64,000 bases of DNA from NCBI RefSeq assembly GCF_964355755.1, contig NC_092671.1, positions 32,870,304 through 32,934,303 on the forward strand, written 5' to 3'. Below, piece after piece: positions 1-12,015 of this stretch. The DNA is from Antedon mediterranea (taxonomy: Eukaryota; Animalia; Echinodermata). A program made the translations under genes and the position numbers. Each line of letters begins with the position of its first letter. Positions within the stretch are counted from its first letter, which is position 1. A model generated the notes under the pieces. That model ran no database searches. It was not told where the DNA came from and saw only the letters and a list, made by a program, of their open reading frames with translations.

Positions 1-563
1 AGGCTAGTAGGCCTAGTAGTAGTATTCTAGGTTATGGCCTAGCAGCAACTGTGTGTGTTGTTGTATGTACATATAATGCTGGCCTGTTTGTTTGCTCTGT
101 ATTGAAACCATTCAAAAAGTTGAAGTTGATGAGTGCTGCACGTCGTCTGTTTACGACGTGATTACAAAATACAACTGTTTTACTTTTGATTTGAGTAAAA
201 CTGTATGCCACGCAGTACAATTATACAATACAGATTACAGTTTTATTTATTTTAGTAGATTTAGGAAAAAAATGTGTAAAAGAAAAGACTGTTAATGTGT
301 GTTAAAGAAACGAAACAACCTGTAAGCTGCCCTTGTATATATCATATACAGTATCATAATACAGTATATTATAAATTGCTTTTATTGTACTGAAAGGCAT
401 GAAAAAGAACATAACATGGTGATGGTAAGTACCATCATAATTATCATTTTAAAACAAGCAAGGATGTACAGTAGGCCTAGTCTTCAACATTCACCTTGAA
501 CATTATCCTGGAATAACATGTACAGTTACTGTATGCCTTTACTAAGAATAAAGAAAGACCAAA

Positions 564-1442
564 ATGAAATATAAATGTGAACATTGTGGAAATAAATTTG
601 AATTAAGTGATTTGAAGAAACATTTAGGAATACATTTGCAATCTGATCAAGAGATACAATATAAACTCTGTGAAAAGACATTTGACGAAGGAGTTGAACA
701 AGCAAAAATAGACCTACCTGTTCATTTGAGAGTAGGCCTACACAAGGAAGAGACACTATATCAGTGTGAACATTGTGGAAAGGAATTTAAACAAAATGAT
801 TATTTGAAGAAACATTTGAGAATACACACAGGAGAGACACCATATGAATGTGAACATTGTGGAAAAAAATTTAACTCAAAGGGAAATTTAAAATCACATT
901 TGAGAATACACACAGGAGAGACGCCATATGAATGTGAACATTGTGGGAAGAAATTTAACTCAAATGGCAATTTGAAATCACATTTAAGAATACACAGAGG
1001 AGAGACACCATATGAATGTGAACATTGTGGGAAGAAATTTAAACGGAATGCAAATTTGAAAGCACATTTGATGGTGCACACAGGAGAAACACCGTATGAA
1101 TGTGAACATTGCGGAAAGAAATTTAAACAGAATGGGGATTTGAATAGGCATTTGCTAATACACACAGGAGAGACACCATATGAATGTGAACATTGTGGAA
1201 AGAAATTTAAACAAAAGAGTTATTTGAAGAAACATTTAAAAATACACACAGGAGAGACACCATATGAATGTGAATATTGTGGGAAGAAGTTTAAGTGGAA
1301 TACGAATTTGAAAAGGCATTTGTTGCTAATACACACTGGAGGTGAGGCACTGTATGAATGTGAATATTGTGGGAAGAAATTTAAACAGAATGGAGGTTTG
1401 AAAAGACATTTTGAGAATGCACACATGGGAGACACCATATGA
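564..1442 (+). CDS. C2H2 zinc-finger protein, A-type copy 1 (N-terminal finger plus 8 tandem fingers)
   Basis: Repeated [28 protein letters not shown] 28-aa units. An in-frame stop lies just upstream of the ATG. The ORF ends after a +1 frameshift in the last finger. Confidence 0.85.
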   Translation: MKYKCEHCGNKFELSDLKKHLGIHLQSDQEIQYKLCEKTFDEGVEQAKIDLPVHLRVGLHKEETLYQCEHCGKEFKQNDYLKKHLRIHTGETPYECEHCGKKFNSKGNLKSHLRIHTGETPYECEHCGKKFNSNGNLKSHLRIHRGETPYECEHCGKKFKRNANLKAHLMVHTGETPYECEHCGKKFKQNGDLNRHLLIHTGETPYECEHCGKKFKQKSYLKKHLKIHTGETPYECEYCGKKFKWNTNLKRHLLLIHTGGEALYECEYCGKKFKQNGGLKRHFENAHMGDTI

Positions 1443-1705
1443 ATGTGAAATTTGGAGATGACATTTAATGTACTGTACTGTAATAGAAAAACTGTAAAAC
1501 ATTTGAGAATACACACAGGAGAAAAACCATTTGGATGTGAACATTGAAGAAAGAAATTTAAACACCACAGTATGGCATTGGGGAGTTAAAGAACATTAGA
1601 GAATGCACACAGGAGAGAACCATTTGAATGTGAACATTGTGAGAGATTTAAATCAAAAAGCAATTTGAAATCAATACGAGAATACAAATCTTGAAACACA
1701 TGTGA
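1443..1705 (+). pseudogene. Decayed zinc-finger units downstream of the A-type stop codon
   Basis: Recognisable CATTTGAGAATACACACAGGAGA and GAATGTGAACATTG units with indels and stops, ending in the B-type C-terminal sequence ...CAAATCTTGAAACACATGTGA. Confidence 0.75.
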
Positions 1706-2723
1706 TGTTGTGTTACTAAATACTCCTTGAGAAATCTAGATAAAAGTAAAGTAACTAAGTGTGATTTCATGTACTGTACCTTTAAAATCAATTCAAATAG
1801 TGTTCAACATTTCATTGGTAACAACAAAACAGAGAGCCACAGAGGGCAGTCTTTATTTTCGGAATAAACTTATCCATATTTTGACATTAAAAAATGTTCA
1901 AAACGTACAATTTAATATACACAATTATTATCATTAAATGTAATGTTAGCAGCATGTACTGTACTTGATAACATTTTATATCATAAAACCTTACCTAGCG
2001 ATAGAGGGCATACAGATTAGATTAGTATGACCCGGCCTAAAATAGTATTAGTAGTAGTAATGTAGCAAAGAACTCTGGATTACTCTACTACTAACTGTAA
2101 TCAAGCCCCACCATGTGACAGTAAATGACACAATATTTAGAGTGTTAATTGCATTTTCATCAATAAAATTATACTTTTGCGGCGATTTTGGTGTAAAAAA
2201 TGTTAATTAATAGATCCGCCTCAAGAATGTTTAATGCGTCAATAATGTGGGTATTTCATCAACTACAGTAGTACAGTATGTTGGCATTGACATATGACGG
2301 CAAATACAATGTTGACACGATTATTACAACATAGATTTTCAACATTTTTTACAAGTTGCTGGTTGTAATTGAGAGAGCTTAGTATTTATTTTAGGAGGAC
2401 TCCTCCAGCACCACTGAAACCATCCTGATGAGCTCTGTAACTGGTCTGTTTAAAAAGTATAATTAAAAAGGCTGTAATGTCACACATTATTGTGATCAGT
2501 AATTGTATAATTTGATTCAATTTTTAGGCAAAATTGTGCTAAAAGAAACGAAACCAGAGTGCAGCAATTGTTAACCTGTTGGCCACATTGTATGCAACAG
2601 TACCGCCTAGGCTAGTGCAAAGAGAAAAGTACATAATACTATCATCGTTTAAGGCCTAGTTGAACGTTCGGACTAGCCACAAGAATATACATGCATAAAG
2701 ATTAAGAATAAAGAAAGATCAAA

Positions 2724-4025
2724 ATGAAATATAAATGTGAACATTGTGGAGATAAATTTGAGTTCAGTGATTTGAAGAAACATTTAGGAATACATATGCA
2801 ACGTGATAAAGAGATAAAACATGAAGTCTGTGAAGAAACATTTAATGAAGGAGTTGATTTTAAGCAACACCAAACAAACGAAATCAACCAACATTTGAGA
2901 GTAGGCCTACACAAGGAAGAGACACAAAAATATAAATGTGAACATTGTGGAAAGGAATTTAAACAAAGTGGGAATTTTGTAGTACATTTAAGAATACACA
3001 CAGGAGAGACACCATATGAATGTGAACATTGTGGGAACAAATTTAAACAAAGTGGGCATTTGAAAAGACATTTGAGAGTACACACAGGAGAGAGACCATA
3101 TGAATGTGAACATTGTGGGAAAAAATTTAAATATAATGAGGATTTTAAGGAACATTTAAGAATACACACAGGAGAGACACCATATGAATGTGAACATTGT
3201 GGAAAGAAATTTAAACAAAGTGGGAATTTGAAAAAACATTTGAGAGTACACACAGGAGAGAGACCATATGAATGTGAACATTGTGGGAAGAAATTTAAAT
3301 ATAATAAGGATTTAAAGGAACATTTAAGAATACACACAGGAGAGACACCATATGAATGTGAACATTGTGGAAAGAAATTTAAACAGAATTGGGATTTGAA
3401 TAAACATTTGCTAATACACACAGGAGAGACACCATTTGAATGTGAACATTGTGAAAAGAAATTTAAACAGAAGGGGGATTTAAAATCACATTTGCTAATA
3501 CACACAGAAGAGACACCATATGAATGTGAAATTTGTGGAAAGAAATTTAAACTGAATAATTATTTGAAGAAACATTTAAAAATACACACAGAAGAGACAC
3601 CATATGAATGTGAACATTGTAGAAAAACATTTAAACAAAGTCGGGATTTGAAAAGACATTTAAGAGTACACACAGGAGAGAGACCATATGAATGTGAACA
3701 TTGTGGAAAAAAATTTAAAGAACATCAGAATTTAAAGGAACATTTAAGAATACACACAGGAGAGACACCATATGAATGTGAAATTTGTGGAAAGAAATTT
3801 AAACTGAATAATTATTTGAAGAAACATTTAAAAATACACACAAAAGAGACACCATATGAATGTGAAAATTGTGGAAAGAAATTTAAACAAAGTAGGAATT
3901 TGAAAAGACATTTGAGAGTACACACAGGAGAGAGACCATATGAATGTGAACATTGTGGGAAGAGATTTAAATCAAAAAGCAATTTTGAATCGCATATGAG
4001 AATACAAATCTTGAAACACATGTGA
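2724..4025 (+). CDS. C2H2 zinc-finger protein, B-type copy 1 (N-terminal finger plus 13 tandem fingers)
   Basis: 433-aa ORF of canonical C2H2 fingers with TGETPY/TGERPY linkers; AATAAA at 4489. Confidence 0.88.
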   Translation: MKYKCEHCGDKFEFSDLKKHLGIHMQRDKEIKHEVCEETFNEGVDFKQHQTNEINQHLRVGLHKEETQKYKCEHCGKEFKQSGNFVVHLRIHTGETPYECEHCGNKFKQSGHLKRHLRVHTGERPYECEHCGKKFKYNEDFKEHLRIHTGETPYECEHCGKKFKQSGNLKKHLRVHTGERPYECEHCGKKFKYNKDLKEHLRIHTGETPYECEHCGKKFKQNWDLNKHLLIHTGETPFECEHCEKKFKQKGDLKSHLLIHTEETPYECEICGKKFKLNNYLKKHLKIHTEETPYECEHCRKTFKQSRDLKRHLRVHTGERPYECEHCGKKFKEHQNLKEHLRIHTGETPYECEICGKKFKLNNYLKKHLKIHTKETPYECENCGKKFKQSRNLKRHLRVHTGERPYECEHCGKRFKSKSNFESHMRIQILKHM

Positions 4026-5180
4026 TGTTGTGTTACTAAATACTCTTGGAGAAATCTAGATAACAGTAAAGTAACCTTTCCCCCGCAATGTGATTTTCAT
4101 GTAACTTTAAAATCAATTAAAATAGTGTTCAACATTTTATTGGTAAAACAACAAAACAGAGAGCCACAGAGAGTACTGTAGTCTTTACTTTCAGAATAAA
4201 CTTATCAATATTTTGACAGTTTTTTACATTAAAAAATGTACAATTAAATATCTCAATTATTATCATTAAATGTAATGTTAGCAGCATGTAATGTACAGTA
4301 CTTGATAACATTTTATATCATAAAACCTTACCTAGCGATACAGGCCTGGCATACAGATTAGATTAGTATGACCCGGCCTAAAATATTTACACTACATACA
4401 GAACTCTGGATTACTCTACTAACTGTAATCAAGCCCCACCATGTGACAGAAAATCACACAATATTAGAGTGTTAATTGCATTTTCATCAATAAAATTATA
4501 CTTTTGAGGCGATTTTGGTGTAAAAAACTGTTAATCGATCCACCTCGAGAATGTGCAATGCGCCAATAATGTGGGTATTTCATCAACTAGTATGTTTGCA
4601 TTGACATATGATGGCAAATACAATGTTGACGTGATTATTAAAACAGATTTTCAACATTTTTTACAACAAACTCGCTGGTTGTAATTGAGAGAGCTTGGTA
4701 TTTATTTTAGGAGGACACCTCCAGCACCACTGAAACCATCCTGATGAGCTCTGCAACTTGTCTGTTTAAAAAGTATAATTAAAAAGGTTGTAATGTCACA
4801 CAGTATTGTGATCAGTAATTGTATAATTTGATTCAATTTTTAGGCAAAATTGTGCTGAAGAAACGAAACAGAGTGCAGCAATTGTTAACCTGTTGGCCAC
4901 ATTGTATGCAACAGTACCGCCTAGGCTAGTGCAAAGAGAAAAAGCGGTCCGTAGAAGTAGAGAATGCTCGATCGTCGAAATGACGCTCTGAATATACCTC
5001 GTTTATCTGCATTGATCGAATAGAGGAAGTGTGATATTGGTTCAGTGTCACAGCCAAGCCACAGTACGTTCAGCCAAAGAACTTATAACACAAGAATCTC
5101 CTGTTCGTCCGAAGCGCGTAACAATTTCGAAAGGCATTGTGGGATAGAATAGAGCTATGGGTGGCGCCATTGTGAGCCAT

Positions 5181-5348
5181 GGAGTAGGGCGCCCGCATCA
5201 AATTAGAAAGTTAAAATCATAGAGGGGATCTGCTAATACTCTAGGGGGGTAGAGTAATTGACTGAGGAGTAGGGCGCCCGCATCAAATTAGAAAGTCAAA
5301 ATCATAGAGGGGTTCTGCTAATACTCTAGGGGGGTAGAGTAATTGACT
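5181..5348 (+). repeat. ~85-bp direct tandem duplication
   Basis: GGAGTAGGGCGCCCGCATCAAATTAGAAAG...GAGTAATTGACT occurs at 5181 and again at 5266. Confidence 0.85.
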
Positions 5349-6324
5349 TCCTAGTTTGGAGGGGGAGCTGCTCCATTAGTAGAGCAGTTAATGACATGAG
5401 CTGTGCATTTTATTACCAAAGCATGAAACTTGGCACAAAGTTTCTTTAATGTATATAGATTCAAAATATCGGGGGGTGTCAAGTGTCGAACGTCCGGTAT
5501 GGCGGCCATCTTGATTTCAAAATGGCCACCATAAAAACAAAATATGTTCATATCTTGGCAACTATACACATTAGAGACTTAATTCTGGGCTCAAATTGTT
5601 CACAAACTATATATTTCTATTTGCTCTAATGAAAATTTTAGTCCAAAAATGACCGGAAATGACGTTTCTTTCAGTTTGACCTTTGACCTCGTATTTGTAT
5701 ATCTCTGTAACTACTGGTCATTTTCAATCGATTTTGGTGTCATTTTGTTCAGAATAAATACATTTATATTTGTAGTAATGAAACATTTTCACATAAAATG
5801 ACCGGAAATACAATTTATGACCCTTGACATTTATTTATTGATTTTTAATTATATGAATATACTGTATGTGGTTTTTGTTGGCCTTAAATGCATCTAATTT
5901 TGAACTTTGACCTGATAGGCGTAATTATATTAAATGATTAATGGACTAAAATTGTATATAGTACAGTACATAAAATTGGTATACATTGTGCTTGGTGGTA
6001 CTATTAGTTCAATGATGTTGGCACCCTCTGATTCGCTAAAAGTTTTAATAGTTTGACAGAGGAAATAACATACATGTTATGGAATACCGTAAAATCTTGA
6101 AAAGGTGATAGTATGAGCTTCTTTTCGAGATAGACTGTATTTGAATGTCAAATGAATAGTATGATGATAGTGTTTATATCAATATATTATTAATGACCTT
6201 ACTTACATTACAAAGAACCCTTTATATTTCAACAATCAAGCCTCAGTTATTCTACAATTTATTGTTTTCCAAGTGGTAGGCCTATTTTGATTGCATCTTC
6301 TTTTTGTATGCTTCCTCGGTTAAT

Positions 6325-7340
6325 ATGGTCCTACCCCTCCTTCTTTGTCTGTAGATAGTCTTATACCTCATTCTTTGTCTGTGGATGTTCTTATACCCCC
6401 TTCTTTGTCTGTGGATGGTCTTATACCCCCCTTCTTTGTCTGTGGATGGTCTTATACCCCCTTCTTTGTCTGTTGATGGTATTACACCCCTTTCTTTGTG
6501 TGTGGATGGTCTTACACCCCTTTCTTTGTCTGTAGATGGTCTTACACCCCTTCTTTGTCTGTGGATGGTCCTACACCCCCTTCTTTGTCTGTGGATGGTC
6601 CTACACCCCTTCTTTGTCTGTAGATGGTCTTATAATCCCTTCTTTGTGTGTGGATGGTCTTACACCCCCTTCTTTGTCTGTGGGTGGTCTTACATCCCCT
6701 TCTTTGTCTGTTGATGGTCCGACACCCCCTTCTTTGTGTGTGGACGGTCTTACACCCCCTTCTTTGTGTGTGGACGGTCTTACACCCCCTTCTTTGTCTG
6801 TGGGTGGTCTTACACCCCCTTCTTTGTCTGTGGACGGTATTATACCCCTATCTGTGCCTGTGGATGGTCTTGTACCCCCTTCTTTGTCTGTGGATGGTCC
6901 TACACCCCCTTCTTTGTCTGTGGATGGTCTTATACCCCCTTCTTTGTCTGTAAGTGGTCCTATACCCCTTTCTTTGTCAGTGGATGGTCTTACACCTTGT
7001 TCTTTGTCTGTGGACGGTCCTACACCCCCTTCTTTGTCTGTGGACGGTCCTACACCCCCTTCTTTGTCTGTGGATGGTCTTACACCCCCTTCTTTGTCTG
7101 TGGATGGTCCTTCACCCCCTTCTTTGTCTGTAGATGGCCTTACACCCCTTTCTTTGTCTGTGGATGGTCTTACACCCCCTTCTTTGTCTGTGGATGGTCT
7201 TACACCCCCTTCTTTGTCTGTGGATGGTCTTACACCCCCTTCTTTGTCTGTGGATGGTTTTATACCCCCTTCTTTGTCTGTGGATGGTCTTATACCCCTT
7301 CTTTGTCTGTGGATGGTCTTACACCCCCTTCTTTGTCTGG
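6325..7340. repeat. 30-bp minisatellite (TCTTTGTCTGTGGATGGTCTTACACCCCCT)n, roughly 33 copies
   Basis: Directly visible tandem array. It explains the PPSLSVDGLT-repeat ORFs. Confidence 0.95.
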
Positions 7341-7499
7341 ACCCACTACTTTGATTGATTAAATCAGACATTGTTTCTTGTATGATTAGGAGACCAAGAC
7401 CTTCAAAGTGAAAGTCCACAGGTGGATGCCTAAAAAGATCTTGTACAGAACAGTATATTGTAGGTCCATGTCACTAATTTGAGGATTAATTGAATAATT

Positions 7500-7800
7500 A
7501 TATTGAGATGTCTTTTACGAATTGATTTGGTTCGGATTTTGCTAAAAAATCAATGAATAGAGAAAATCGAGGAAAAGGATTCAGATGGTTTACAGCAAAG
7601 GCCCATTACCATAAAAATGGAGTACATTTTTTTAGATGCAACGAAAATGAACAAGAATTATATGAGTTTCTGACTAATGAAAGTAGGTCTACTGCACAAA
7701 TGCAGGATAAGTTTGTAGTAAGTACTTTGAAAGACGGTGTTCTCTTAACTCATGAAAAGGAGAACTTTCCGAACTTGTCTCATATGCAACATCAAAGAAA
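7500..7800 (+). pseudogene. Transposase remnant (Academ-like)
   Basis: Reads RENRGKG...PLP*KWSTFFRCNENEQELYEFL across a frameshift. This resembles, from memory, the RG.G...P..W..FL....NK.EL..FL motif of Academ transposases, and it lies between the TIRs. Confidence 0.5.
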
Positions 7801-8780
7801 GAATGCTACTTTACATCAAAAATATTTCCAAATGGCATCTAACAATTCAATTCAACATTTATTTCAGACAATTTTCCATATGGTATAATACATAAAAAAA
7901 AAAAAAAAGATGAAAGAGAGGACCAAAACTTTTATCTAACGATTGACACATCACAGCAAACAAGTCGGCATAGATGAGCTCAGTGATTGCTGTTTCTCAG
8001 CGATCTGTCGTACTTTACGCCTATCCTATCACATGAAAAGTAAAAAATTCAGAATAATAATTCCTAGTCATTTTTGCATTAAGTGTCATTTATTTCGGTA
8101 AAAAAAATTAGGTGCATTTATACCAATGTAAACCACATACAGTATGTTCACATAATTATATATGTCAAAGGTTATAAATTGTATTTCCAGTCATTTTATG
8201 TGAAAATGTTTCATTACTACAAATATAAATGTCTCTATTCTAAACAAAATGACACCAAAATCGATTGAAAATGATCAGTAGTTACGGAGATATACATAAA
8301 AGAGGTCAAAGGTTAAACTGGAAGAAACGTCATTTCCGGTCATTTTTTGACGAAACTTTTCATTAGAGCAAATAGAAATATGTGGTTTGTGAACAATAGA
8401 CACGTTTCGCGCTCGCGAGGTCACCGTCAGTTTGACCTTTTAGTGGGTATACAATGGTAAACAAACACAGCGAGAGGTATGTTAAAGCATGGGAGAACTT
8501 AGAGATGATCATCTTAAAAAGCAATCGTCAAAACTAGCCTTTTGATGGAATGGCATGGTAAGGATGTTATTTATTTTCTAAACTTATGTTTTATATTCAC
8601 TGTAGAATTATTTGGGCATTTGGTTCGGAATCATCGACTTTATTTATGTATTGTCATTTTTGGTTTGACACATATATATTACGCCGTGGTTAGGATTCCG
8701 GCACCGGAACTCAACTGCCCACCGTTGGGGAATCCGACACGTTATTGCGCATGCCCATAGCTCTGGGAAGTGAATTATAG

Positions 8781-10374
8781 CAAAGATAGTGTAGTAGGAA
8801 GATGTTACACTTCGCTCAAAAATTAGAGAACCGCTCGAGATAGGGCGCCTCTCACGACGAGTAGGGATAGACGAATCTGAAACATGAGAAGCGCAATGGC
8901 AAAGCCCAATGAAAATGGTGTTTTCGGCAATAAATTGTAAAAATAAGCCCCAAAAAAGAAACAAAAACTTCTTTTTTTGTCTTTATTATACAAAGTTAAA
9001 AATTAATATGATGTTTTCATACTGTTTTTGGATCTTTTTAATTGTTAATACATTTATTTGGAGTAAGTTTTGTCATGACATGACTGTAAACACTGAGCTA
9101 GGATCAAGAGGAGGCTTACGCGCGCCTGTAGACGCATTCATGAATGGATGCTGGTCATCTCGTACCCAAACCAACCCGTACCCATAAAAACTCTTACCTA
9201 TCTTGGTAAACCCCAGTTAAGTCTGAAGTCATAATGCAAATTTTACAGTATACAGTATTGTTGTTGACAAACAATATATGATTTATGAATAAATTATAGC
9301 AATTCTTCTGCAATTTCTATAAAACTCTAGGGGTAGAATCTGTAAATTCGTTTCTATAGAAATTATCTGTTTCTATAGATTAACATAGAATTCTAAAACT
9401 TCTATAGATAGAACATTTTTTGTAAGGGTAGTATAATGAAAGGGGGTAAAGTAGGCCTCCCCACGGATATTTTTTCCTTGATATAACCTTACCAATAATG
9501 AACTCATTGGCTTATAATTAATATTATCAATAATATTAGGCGTTAATCAGGGCATATACAATTACGATGAATGCACGAAAGTTCGGAGTGTTACAAGCAT
9601 AATATAATAATTAGTTACAGTATTATTAAATTATTAAAATTAATAGATAACAATAATTGTTTTTTTTTTTCAGTAAAAAAACATACTCGTAGTCCTAAAT
9701 TCCTATAATGTTCAAGCTTACTGGTACCGTATTCAGTTTATGCAGACTATTTGTATAATATTATTGATTATAATAAATATTGATTGATTGATTGATTATT
9801 GATTACATGCCATACTACCTATTCTCTTTTATTACCCTTAGAAATAAACCATACGTAATGGATTATTATATAGGCATACACATTGTAGGCCTATTTACCA
9901 CTAGGCTCCTAATATATTTATTCACTCTGATGAAGAAGTGTTTCTAAAGCTAGGTATTAAATTTTCTATCTATGTCCAATGATAAACAATTAAATGTAAG
10001 TAATTTTAAAAAGTTCAATTGATTTGCAAATAAAAACATTAAAATAAAAGAAATAAAATACGGGTAGATAAATTCCAGGTGACCTAAACAATTCCAGGTA
10101 ATTGAAACACAAATTTGTATTCCAAAACATATAAATATGATTCATTTGCACTTTCTATAAAGATAACATTACATTTTATATGTTAATTCGTATTAAATCT
10201 TAATTTTACAATCATATTATTCTACTGTTATAATAGCCTATTTCCTATACAATAACTTTCCGTATCCCTACTCGACGTGCGAGGCGCCCTTTAAATTTAG
10301 CTCCATGTTGTCTCGCTTTTATTTGCATTGAACGAATAGGAAGTGTAACATCTTCCTACTCTACACTATCTTTG
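8781..10374. mobile_element. Non-autonomous P-element-like DNA transposon
   Basis: TIR CAAAGATAGTGTAG(AG)TAGGAAGATGTTACACTTC at both ends, a subterminal inverted match (GGGCGCCTC...CGAGTAGGGATA) and a perfect 7-bp TSD ATTATAG (8774-8780, 10375-10381). Confidence 0.8.
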
Positions 10375-10734
10375 ATTATAGCTTGCACTTATTGAGTGCC
10401 ACACACACCACACCACCGAGAGTCGGAGTGTTATAGGGATTACTGTAGCCTAGATAGTCGTTGCGCGAGGGAGAGAGCGATGGATGAAACTTTGCCTATG
10501 CCATACATGAATTAATAATTAAAATACGACTGCGCCACGCGTTAAAATAATTATAATGATATTAATAAGTATCACAGTTTCTATCTAAGATTCGTAATGC
10601 TGTTTTTAGCGTTGCGACTCTGACTTCCCGAACAGTTTTTTCACATCCAACTTTTCATAGACTCATTTCCAGTCGTTGATTTTCTTCCATTTTACCCCAT
10701 GTCAAAGGTTAGATTTTAATTGCGCCATATAAAA

Positions 10735-10995
10735 AAATGCCGATTTAAAAAGAGCCCAACGTAATGCAGAAAGAGCCGAATAAAAAAGGGCCGAATCAAA
10801 AAGAGCCGAACGTAATGTTAAATTGGCCGAATAAAAAAGAGCCGAAAGCTGAAAGAGCCGAACGTAATGGTAAAAAATGGGCCAAATAGAAATGAGCTGA
10901 ATGCTGAAAGAGCCGTACGTAATGGTAAAAAGGCCGAATAGAAATGCGCCGAATGGTAAAAGAGCCGAACGTAATGGTAAAAGAGCCGAATAGAA
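10735..10995. repeat. Degenerate short tandem repeat (AAAGAGCCGAACGTAATG-like), probably subterminal repeats of a transposon fragment
   Basis: Repeated GCCGAA(T/C) units. Confidence 0.7.
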
Positions 10996-11046
10996 TTAAA
11001 GTTTCCTGCTGGAGGCAGCAATGGCGTTCCATACGGACTACTGTAC

Positions 11047-11402
11047 TTTAATTGTGTGTGAGGTACTTTCGAATTTGTTGCGGACTTCTTTAATTGTGCG
11101 AGGAGCTTTTGAATTTGTTGCGGACTTCTTTAATTGTGCGAGGGGCTTTCAAATTTGTTGCAGACTTCTTTAATTGTGCGAGGAGCTTTCGAATTTGTTG
11201 CGGACTTCTTTAATTGTGCTTAGCTCTTCTTTATTTGTGCATTTCTTTTTATATTTTCATGCTTTCTTTTGTTTATATGCGATTCCTTCTTTAATTGTGT
11301 GATTTCTTCTTTAATTGTGTGATTCCTTCTTTAATTGTGTGATTTCTTCTTTAATTGTGTGATTCCTTCTTTAATTGTGTGATTCCTTCTTTAATTGTGT
11401 GA
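11047..11402. repeat. Compound tandem repeat: ~40-bp (TTCTTTAATTGTGCGAGGAGCTTTCGAATTTGTTGCGGAC) then 20-bp (TTCTTTAATTGTGTGATTCC) units
   Basis: Directly visible; both unit types share the CTTTAATTGTG core. Confidence 0.85.
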
Positions 11403-12015
11403 ATATGATTTATATAGTGTGCGTGACAGTTGTGGGCCACCGTAAGTATCAAGTCTCTACTGTTTATAGTTGCCAAGATATGAACACTTTTTGTTTTTAT
11501 GGTGGCCATTTTGAAATCAAGATGGCCGCCATACCGGACGTTGGACACTTGGCACCCCCCGATATTTTGAATCTATATACATCAAAGAAACTTTGTGGCA
11601 AGTTTCATGCTTTGGTAATAAAGTGCACAACTTGGCTATTTTTATGGCGTTAACTGCTCTACTACATGCTATGGCGTCGCCCAGTTTGACCTTTTAACCC
11701 TGTACTTCCGATACTATGTTTTGAATGCAAATTGAAGAACAGGAGATTCTTGCGTTATAAGTTCTTTGGTTAATTCAGCGTCAATCACACCGCCATTGTC
11801 CATGCGGTAATCACACTCATTATTTTGCAGCATAAATAACCTACTAGGCTTAGGGTTTAAGCTGTACCTACTACCGTATCTACATAGTATCTTACTAATC
11901 TTTGTTGATTATAGCCTAGTTAATAGCCAGGCCTTTATTATCAAACGTATGTCATAATAACAGGTCTAGGCCTAGCTAGGCCTAGTCTTTAATATCTAAG
12001 TAGGCTAGTGTAGGC

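Larger units (their letters stand above)
1..4943 (+). repeat. Segmental duplication, copy 1 (A+B zinc-finger block), paralogous to ~14009-19238
   Basis: Non-coding sequence is nearly identical, e.g. 1-560 vs 14009-14575 and 4026-4943 vs 18317-19238. Homology stops after GCAAAGAGAAAAAG at ~4944. Confidence 0.93.
5377..11664. mobile_element. Degenerate Academ-like DNA transposon with long TIRs
   Basis: Termini TAGTAGAGCAGTTA...TAACTGCTCTACTA with a 3-bp TSD CAT (5374-5376, 11665-11667). The ~450-bp left TIR (5377-5830) matches a right TIR split into 8162-8397 and ~11448-11664. Confidence 0.75.
5075..11768. mobile_element. Outer non-autonomous DNA transposon (P-element-like MITE) hosting nested insertions
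   Basis: 32-bp TIR CAAAGAACTTATAACACAAGAATCTCCTGTTC (5075) vs its reverse complement ending at 11768, with 1 mismatch. Termini are CA...TG. Flanks GTTCAGC / GTTAATTCAGC may be a degraded TSD. Confidence 0.65.

Noticed and set aside
6385-7419. Overlapping 100-270 aa ORFs on both strands
   Set aside because: Translations of a stop-poor 30-bp minisatellite.
9920-9960. CTGATGA-AGAA-GTGT-TTCT-AAAGCTAG hammerhead-like motif
   Set aside because: The conserved GAAA is not intact and stem I is unclear; at most a decayed relic.
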